Assembly: GCA_030141605.1 (NCBI GenBank)
Contig: JAQGDQ010000298.1
Location: 224,527 to 288,526, forward strand
Length of the DNA stretch: 64,000 bases
Direction of reading: 5' to 3'
Origin: Tubiluchus corallicola
Taxonomy: Eukaryota > Animalia > Priapulida
The notes under the pieces: model-generated
What the model was told of the DNA's origin: nothing
The model's database searches: none
The model's input: only the letters and a program-made list of their open reading frames with translations
Made by a program: the position numbers and the translations under genes
Part shown: positions 55,201 to 64,000 of the stretch, piece after piece
Numbering within the stretch: the first letter of the stretch is position 1
How the letters are laid out: each line of letters opens with the position of its first letter

Positions 55201-57555
55201 TCATTACGATTATGGCCCATACTTGAGAGAATGCTATTCACGGAACCAATACATTTCCTTTTTAACCTTGAAACATCAATAGAAAAATGAGTTGTCAAAA
55301 TATTCAATGCCTTACTAATTAAAGGAAGACATAAGTCACCTAGTATGTCGGGTTTGCTTTACTGTTATTACTTAAACTTATAAAGTGTTACAAAGAAATT
55401 TACAAAAAACTGTCCACAGATCACAAAGTTAATTTATACCATCGCTGTATAGAAATTTTTAGGCGAGATGGTAGCCGCCATTCGATTTAAAATTATGACG
55501 TAACTAGTGGACTTGTAGACTTCGTAAGCGCATCGTGGCTTTCCGTAAATGAAAGTTAATTTTGGCCCCCATTACAAGTTTCTCTTGTTGTTTTTACAGT
55601 GGAAATCAACTGTGGAAGAGAAGTGAATGATATGCAGTATTGAATAAAATGGCTTCCGCTCCGACCGAAGAAACCACAAATGATAATAAACAGAAAGACA
55701 AAGGCGAACTCATCCCGTTATTATTCAGGTGTGACTTGGTGTGTTTTTTACTTCTCCTATATTCGAGGCAAACCTCGCAGCTTTAATTTTGGTACCTCAT
55801 TTGATGAAGCTGCAAAACTGCGATACACACAGCGATCGTAAGCCCCACAGCTGCCACTAGCAAAGCATACAAGTTTTTTTGGGGAAGAAGAAAGAGCCAA
55901 GAGGCTGCTTTATCTTTTAACAGCGAGGGCACCGGGAATGGTTTCCAAATGAAGCCACATGTCAAAACAACTTTGCTGTTAAAAACAGGTTAATGAACTT
56001 AGAAAAACCAAGACGTTCTTGAAGTTTCCTCACAGAATTTATTATTGGTATTTACATTACAGTACAAAAACATACATATAGTAAAACAACAACAAAATAC
56101 AAAAGTACAAAAGAGAGCTATTACATTATAGCTAAAAAACACATAACAAATAAGAAATATATATATAATTTTAGTATAGATACAGTTAGCGTATCATGAA
56201 AGAATAATAAATAATGTTATCAATATTTACATGTTAGTACTATTTACTCCGTTTTTAATACTTGAAAATGTAATGGGCGACTATTTTGGCTATACCTCAG
56301 TCGTTACCTCCCCATTGTGAATTTTAGCTTTTCATTGTCGTTCAAGTTAATGAAATTGCTATTGATGCTTGTCATATCGAAATAAAAAGAATGTGTTAAC
56401 GATTGGTAAGACAACAGCGCTGTCAATAAAACAAAAAATGAGTTTCCTCTTCTACTTGTTGGCTGTCACAATGTTGACAGATTCTCATATTCACAGGTAT
56501 TTGAGGTTGTTGGTGTCCTCCCATTTTCTACATGTAAGTTATGCGCACTTATTCGCAGCTTCGTAAACAAGATTTTTCACATTTGTTGTTCGTAAAATGT
56601 AAATAGTTTTCTTACTTAAATTCTGATTTAAATTTGCAGTAAGTGCGCAGTTTAGTGTTTTCATAAACACAAGTATTGTGGTGATTTTTATATAGAATTT
56701 GTAACTACGGAGTTAAAACGTACTGCTAAACATAACAGGATTTCTATTTCGCGCAATATTAGTTTAGTTTTGGTAACATCATGCCCTGCCCAGACAAAAC
56801 ATGTGGGTTCAACTCCAAGTTTGTAGGCAAAGTTTTACGTTTTTTGCTACTTTACATTTTTAAGAGTTGCTGTTTAGTTCTTACCAAATTTAGGTTTGTT
56901 ATCTTCCCTATTTGAATGTTCCGTAATTAGGAAAACGTGCAACTTTGCTTTGGGGGCAATAAATCTCATTCATCCTCACTAATCATGACTGCTATTTTTC
57001 ATTTAAATAATCAAGAATCTAAAATTTAATATTTATGATAAAAAATCATCCTAACTTTTTCGGATATCACTAAGATATATAGCTAAACAAGTAACTTCAA
57101 AATGCCAAAATCACTTAGCTTACATTCTAGTGGTGAGCATCGAACGTTTGAGTTCGAGTTTTTTTTAGTTCGAATTCGATTTGAATCTAAAATTATAGAT
57201 TTGAATAATTCAGCACTTCAACCACATTATCATTAATCATTTTCTTTATCATTAAAACGTTTGAGACATCATGCAATTAGCACAGTTTAGCTGTGATTTC
57301 TGTGCACAATTTTTAAACAAATTATTGATCATTGGTTTTACTGCATAGCAATATGCATGATCTTTGTAAGAGCACTTGTTCCAGGGGTTCAAAAACTTGC
57401 TAAAAAATCTTTCAAACTCAATTCGAATCGAATTTGAAATACTAAAATTCGGTTTGATTCAAATTCGCTTTGTGGTAGAAAATGTTCACCCCGAGTATAC
57501 ACTATACAACGTTTAAAAGCATATTCGTGTTTGTTGCAGGCAGACAAGTCTAAAA

Positions 57556-58668
57556 ATGGACAATACTAAGAAGACGAAAGCAAAATCATCACTTCCTGCC
57601 GGTTCTATTTCTACTTCTGGTTCCGGTGGGACGTTAACCAAGCGGTTCTTCCGACAGTTTTCTTTTTCGGTACCCTCTAGTGGTCATGAACCAGAACCTC
57701 TCTGTCGCAAGAGTAGCAGCGAGACAAATTTATCTGGGAATGGAATCATGTGTACGAATGAGGACTTGCAGACCATTGTGCAGACATTCCGCAATTTACG
57801 TGTCCGACGAAAAACCATTGCATGCTTGACCAATGCGAGACCACTTGACCACAGGAGGGCACTGAAGAAAAGAACAAACTCTTGCTTGGATAGCTTAGAA
57901 GAAAGTCCAGCGACGTCACCCGAGATGTCCAGAGCTGCCGTAATAAATCCAGGTGCACCAGATGAATGTGAAACTGATACAATAGCAGCTCCATATGGTA
58001 TCAGAAACCCCCACAGAAGAAGCATAAGTGAAGGGTCATCAGCAGAAGGCTTTACAAGTGATGTCCAGATTCCAGGATGTTCTTCCAGAAGCATTTCCCA
58101 CCCATCAAGAGCTTTCAAATTCAGAAGCAAAAGCGATCCAACCGTGAAATCTTTTCAAGAAGAAATGAAAAGTTCAAAAACGATCAAAAAACAGCAGCTC
58201 AAAGGTTCTGGCAGTGTTAAGGCGAGATCTCGCGAGTCGTCCACGTCATCAGATCTTGTAGAAACAATAGACGAAGTGGAGCCATCTATTTACCCAGAAT
58301 GCTCAAATTCATGTAGTACAGATCCTGCTAGTAACAATGCAGGACAAGACAGTCACTCTAGGGGGCACACTGCAAAAAGTTATAATTACAAAATAATAGA
58401 GAACAATGGAGATGACAATGATCTTCTGTCAATTAAATGGGATGACACAAATTCTTTTGATGCCAGACTTTTAGGAGAAGCCATTCAGGTCCAGCTGGAG
58501 TCCAAGATGATAAAGACAAGACAGAAGAAGTTGCAAAGACGTCACTCAGTAGCCGGGTTGATGATCGATCAGACGCGTCCAAATGCGTTTCAGTTAGGCA
58601 ATTCTGAAAGATTAGGCATTTCACGTTTTGTTAGTAAAGTTAAAAATCAACCTGTGGCTTTCTTGTAA
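57556..58668 (+). CDS. Hypothetical 370-aa protein, identical right-arm copy
   Basis: Translation identical to 45311-46423; acceptor AG at 57538-57539. Confidence 0.7.
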   Translation: MDNTKKTKAKSSLPAGSISTSGSGGTLTKRFFRQFSFSVPSSGHEPEPLCRKSSSETNLSGNGIMCTNEDLQTIVQTFRNLRVRRKTIACLTNARPLDHRRALKKRTNSCLDSLEESPATSPEMSRAAVINPGAPDECETDTIAAPYGIRNPHRRSISEGSSAEGFTSDVQIPGCSSRSISHPSRAFKFRSKSDPTVKSFQEEMKSSKTIKKQQLKGSGSVKARSRESSTSSDLVETIDEVEPSIYPECSNSCSTDPASNNAGQDSHSRGHTAKSYNYKIIENNGDDNDLLSIKWDDTNSFDARLLGEAIQVQLESKMIKTRQKKLQRRHSVAGLMIDQTRPNAFQLGNSERLGISRFVSKVKNQPVAFL

Positions 58669-59908
58669 ATGAGGCTGAAGTCGGTTGCTATCTCGTAAAT
58701 GTTGCAGATTGTTTATGACCCTCAGTAGTTTACTTGTCCCACAAATGTGAATTTGCTTGCCACCAGGAGCAGCACTTGCCACAGCACTGAGTCACGCAAT
58801 TTGCCCGACATCAGAAGAAACAACAAAATCTATTTTTGATTGCACATTATACCCTTAAACATATATAGGTTGCTCAAATCACACCGCACGTGCCATGCGA
58901 CATACGAAGACACGTTCATCAATCATGCCAGTGGCACTACAACACAACTATTAAATTAGTGAATTAACAACGAATGAAAAAATATCTTTCATTTGTAGTC
59001 ACAACTCTTTATTACCGTGAATGCGCTTGCTTTTTTGTGTTTATTGAAATTGAAAATATAAAAACATCTTCAACACTTTCAATAAAATCCCGTTGTAAAG
59101 TTGTTGTGCTCTATTTCATGTTATTATATTTTATTATATATTGTATTTATAACGATAGTTTATCAATGTTTGCTGTTTTTTAAATCATTCAATATGTGTA
59201 AATAATTCTTTGCTATAAAATAGTAATTTCTCTCATAAATCATGTCACTTGTTTTGCACACTTATGTATCTAATAAGCCTTTTCATAGTTTCGTTGTGCG
59301 CACGCGCAATTGCTGTAGGTCAAAGGTTCAGTGTACCAAAGCAACGCGTCTTAGCTACAACCGTCACGTGACATGTGGGTAAAGCAAAGCCCAGTGGAGT
59401 TACGTCAGTTATTTGGCGTGGACTTTATTTAATTATGCATTTATCTGTGCTGGATCTTCCTTGGGAACAAGAAAAAATCAACTAGGAAAGGTTCTTAGCT
59501 AGTGTTCGTCACTTTTTAGTAACTATTACAATAGCATGGACACGAGGCGTTGTCAAGTGTACACAGATGCGTTGTCTGATACACTTAACCTTTGACCTTT
59601 TCACGATTATCGTCAATTACTGGAACTATGAAAAGGCTTATTGTGGATGCGGTGAGAGCTGACTGAAGGACAGATGAACAAACAGCATTAAACTGAATCG
59701 GACAAGAAAACATTTTACCAAGATTTACGAGAATTGCGGATATTTGTAAAATTTTGGCAAACAATGTGTAAAAAATGTGTGCACAATATAATGAGCAACC
59801 TCACAGTCCAACACTTCAGAACTGAGAAGTCGTCTTGTAGCAAGTAAAGCTTTCAGGTCTTTGACATTAACAATTAATTCAAAAAATACTTATCTAGAAA
59901 AAATCTTA

Positions 59909-62900
59909 TTATAACATATGATACAATACAAGACACAGTATGTTTATCAGAGAGACCCGTAAGGAGTTCGTGCTGTCATAGTCAATTTCTTCAGTAGGAA
60001 ATAGCCACTCTGAAGGAGAACATCCCATCCAGATCTCAGCAGAGTTTTGTGGATCCTGAGCGGCCATCAACCCGTTATCAAATTCCCAAAAGTAAAAACC
60101 CCTAAAGAAGTAGGTTTTCTCTGAAAAATAAGACAAATAACCGCTAGTTTATTCTTGGTATTGTTAACAAAAGATGGCGCCACTTCTTGAGAAGGTTTAT
60201 CTTCTAAGATATCCATCTTTTTATCTACTAAGTGTTAAAACTTTAATTAAACTAGTAACTAAGCTAGAGTAACTTCAGGAAAAAACACAATGGTCGAGAA
60301 GAAAGACAGAAAGAAAGAGAGAGAAGGAGAGTGAGTGAGTGAGTGAGCGAGTGAGTTAGAGAGAGAGAAATACATAGAGAAAGAGAGAGAGAGAGAGGGA
60401 GAGAGAGAGAGAGAGATAGAGAGATAGAGAGAAGAAAGAGAGAGACTGAAAGAGAGTGGGAGAAAGAGCAAGAAAGGGGTGAGAAAGAGAAAAAGAAAAT
60501 TTACCATTGTAAGTAAATGCAGCATCAAGATATTCTGGCACGTTCTTCCATACTGTCATGTCACGAGGATAATCTGGTTCTACTCGCCCATCTAAATCAT
60601 CGTATCGCCAATAGATGGCACCACTAGATTAAATGTGAAAACTTGTGCTTCAGTACACATGAACCACAAAAGCTCTAGATATTTTTAAACAATTAAATTA
60701 AAAAACCCAACGTTTTTCTACTGACTAATGTTTATTTCTTGTTTGACGTTTTTTAAAAAATGCGTTTTTAAAAATACATTTATTTTTGTCACTTCACTAA
60801 TCATATTTTACTGTCTGACAAAATGCCTGATATTTTTACATGAAGTATCACAGCTAGGATTCATGTAAACTTGTTTAAAGGGAGACAAGATGATTTTTCA
60901 TATATTACCCTATTTTCAAATCCGATAAAAAGTATACATTTTAACACGTTTAATACTGCAAAAGCGTTTCTGATAATTAAATAATAGATTAAAAACTTAT
61001 TAGCGACAGGCGAGCCCAACTATTGACGACATCACAAACTAACATAATTTCCAACAGTAAAAACATTCCACGGGCGTGTTGCGCGTGTTTGCGAAAGCGA
61101 AAATTGAAGTACAGTACTGCTGTAAGATATTCAGTGCGATGTAATAAAACTAGGCGAGTTTTAAAAAAAATATTTCAAATTTACCGCTGTGTTTACGCAT
61201 GAGCTGACGAACGTGTGTAGTTCGTCACAAACTAATACATCTGAACTGAGAGGCACAGCACCTGTTTTTGTGCAATGCGTTTCCGAAATGCAGGTGCTAG
61301 TGCCCATCTAACTAGCGAGTGGCGAAATGCGTGTAACAGCGAAGTATAAGTGGCGCGAACGTGAAATTGTGTTTGTGTCGTAATAATTCTTTCATGTAAG
61401 TCATTTTTGCAAAAAAAAATAGTATGTTTCCTTTCAATATTTTAAACAATAGGTTGTTTTGACCAACAGTTTAAGATTGGGTTCGATTTTTGCTTTAAAG
61501 TATATTTATAAATTTTGCAAGAGCTGAGCAATTAGTCCTATCTAAAACATGTGTCAACTACATTTTACGTAACATTAAAGCTATATATGCTGACCTGTAG
61601 AGATATGTTTTACGATTATGGTCCCACACCATAGCTGCATCAATTTTGCGCAAGCGGGCAGGCAGCCCTAATGAGGTAATGTGTTTTGGGTATCCAGGCT
61701 GTAATCTATTTGCCTCAAACACCCAGTAATATCTACCTGTAGACGGAAAAGTTTTACATAAATGAGAATGTCTCGACAAATGAACAACAAAGTAAATATG
61801 CAAGCTTCTCTTACAACATTGATAAATAATACACGTTTAACTCGACTTTAAAATCTCTTAAGAACATTACGAAGTAATTGAGATCATTTCACGGTTTATT
61901 CTGTGAATTTTTTGAATGAAAGCACATAAAAAGATCTGGCAAATAGTGACTGAGTAGTGTTCAATTTTAATGTGAATATAGATATGTTGCAAACCGAATT
62001 ACTTCACGAAGAACCTTAAGCAATTTCGCCTAACTTACAACACCAGATAAAAAGTTGTAAGGTTCATTATGTAACAAAAGGCTCATTATGTAGCAAATTT
62101 TAAGTGTTTATGGAACAATTTTGCATCATTGTGTAACAGACATTTTCTAACAATAAAATGATGCATTATGTAACGTTGTGTGGTGTGGTCTGTGGTTGGG
62201 CTTGACATGGTTTATTAATAGTAATTTTGTTTTTTAGATGTCTGTTGCATATCATTCTGTGCGAGATGTTAGGCGAATTGCTGGACTAGGACAGTTTCTT
62301 TCTGTTCTAGATGTGGGTCTGACTCTGGTTTAGTCTGATTTCATCTGCGGCTGCGCAGTCGGAAGTTTGGTCTGCTTTGAGATCTAATCCATCAATTGAC
62401 TGTGAGCGGTCCGTCCGTCGCTACTCTGTGTTGAGTCAGGTCTGCCTCATGTGTCATCTGTGAGAGATCTGGATCTGGCTCAGTTTGCTCTGAATGAGCC
62501 CAAATTGAAAAAATTTGCTCCATTAACCACGATGGCACGTGTACTTGTCAACAGTATGTTAGATGTCCTTGCGGAAGTAGTGCTGACAAGCCACTAGAAT
62601 AGCAGTATCTAGTTTTTTGCTGGATTACTGCTGTGTTTACCTGTCTTGAGAGCAAATTTCCTTTATTTTAGAATTCTGCCTGCCCAATGTCTACAATAGA
62701 GGTAATGGGTTTAAGGTGAATATGTGAAATCTTAACTTCGTACGATGGAACTTATTACTTGTGATGAAAATACGTGAAACTGCACAACACTAAGCATTTT
62801 CACAGTTCCAGCCATTGATGATGATCGTGAAAATGTCAAAGGTTAAGTGTAACAGACAACGCATTTGTGTAACCTTGCCTAGTTCATTTTTTCTTGTTCC

Positions 62901-64000
62901 CAAGCGAGATCCTGCTAGTAAATCACTCTACGCACAGACTACTGCATAATTAAGTAAAGTCCATGTAAAATAATTGAAGTTACCGAATGCTTTGCTTTAC
63001 ACACATGTCACGTGGCAGTTATAGTTAAAAAGCGTTGCTGCGGTGCACTTAACCTTTGACCTATAGCAACTGCGCGTGTGCACAAGGAAACTGTGAGGAG
63101 GCTTATTTACCCAATAACGTGAGCCAAAACTATGGCTGTTCGGGACTGTTTGGAACCATTTTCCAATTTCTAACATTGGTAAACCTGTACCCTTATCAAA
63201 CTAAATCAAGCTAAACCATTTGTCTGACAGTTAAGTTCAGACAGACCAGACGTTTCAGACAAGACCCCTGACAGGAAGATCTTTAATATAACCAAACCCA
63301 AGGCCAAGGCAAGAGCAAGCTGGAGCCAGACACACATCTAGAACGGAAGGAAACTGATTCAGACCTTTAATTAGACTACATTCAGATCGTGATAAAATCC
63401 ATCCACTGATCATGACAAAACCTGCGTTAATCTGTTACATAATGTATAATTTTTGTTACATAATGATTGTTACATAATGATGCAAAAATTGTTACGTAAT
63501 GACCTAAAATTTGTTACATAATGACTGTATAATTTTCGTTACATAGTGATTGTTACATAATGATACAAAAATTGTAACGTAATGATCTAAAATTTGTTAC
63601 ATAATGTATAATTTTCGTTATATAGTGATTGTTACATAATGATGCAAAAATTGTTACGTAATGATCTAAAATTTGTCACATAATGTATAATTTTCGTTAC
63701 ATAGTGATTGTTACATAATGGTGCAAAGATTGTTACGTAATGATCTAAAATTTGTTACATAATGTATAATTTTCGTTACATAGTGATTTTTACATGATGA
63801 TGCAAAGATTGTTACGTGATGACATAAAATTTGTTAAACTGTTACGTAATGAGAATTTTGTGATTTAGTACACAACGCATTGTTACATAACGTTACATTG
63901 TTACAAAATGAGCCAAACGTTACATGAACCTTAACACATCATTACTTGTACCTGCGAAGAAAACAATTTTTCCATCTGGGCGCTGATAAACTGCGTCAAC
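59909..64000 (-). CDS. Inverted duplicate of the MMP gene, 3' (hemopexin) exons only within the window
   Basis: Mirror exons at 64000-63952 (partial), 61736-61595, 60623-60505 and 60120-59909. ORF-track peptides match the plus-strand copy and the splice sites are retained. Confidence 0.8.

Overview
AT-rich, intron-rich DNA from an invertebrate animal, not a prokaryote. Read by eye, it holds three genes. (1) A testican/SPOCK (Drosophila Cow-like) proteoglycan gene on the minus strand: 10 phase-compatible coding exons from 26025 to 1245, with signal peptide, follistatin-N, Kazal, EC/EF-hand and thyroglobulin-1 domains; the last exon is probably left of the window, beyond an LTR retrotransposon. 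(2) Head-to-head with it, about 1.7 kb away, a complete 11-exon furin-activated, probably GPI-anchored matrix metalloproteinase (27729-44070, +). (3) A 370-aa Ser/basic-rich ORF of unknown function. The dominant structure is a near-perfect inverted duplication, 39983-51964 mirrored by 52282-64000, which runs off the right edge and duplicates the 370-aa gene and the 3' MMP exons. Its axis is one 329-bp TIR element (TAGGGG..CCCCTA) whose two ends join the same flank. The arms differ by an arm-specific retroposon-like insertion and by substitutions clustered inside dispersed repeats. Introns are packed with non-autonomous DNA transposons, LINE remnants, minisatellites and microsatellites. All calls are manual with no searches run. 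The palindrome could be biological, or an assembly, haplotype or library artefact.
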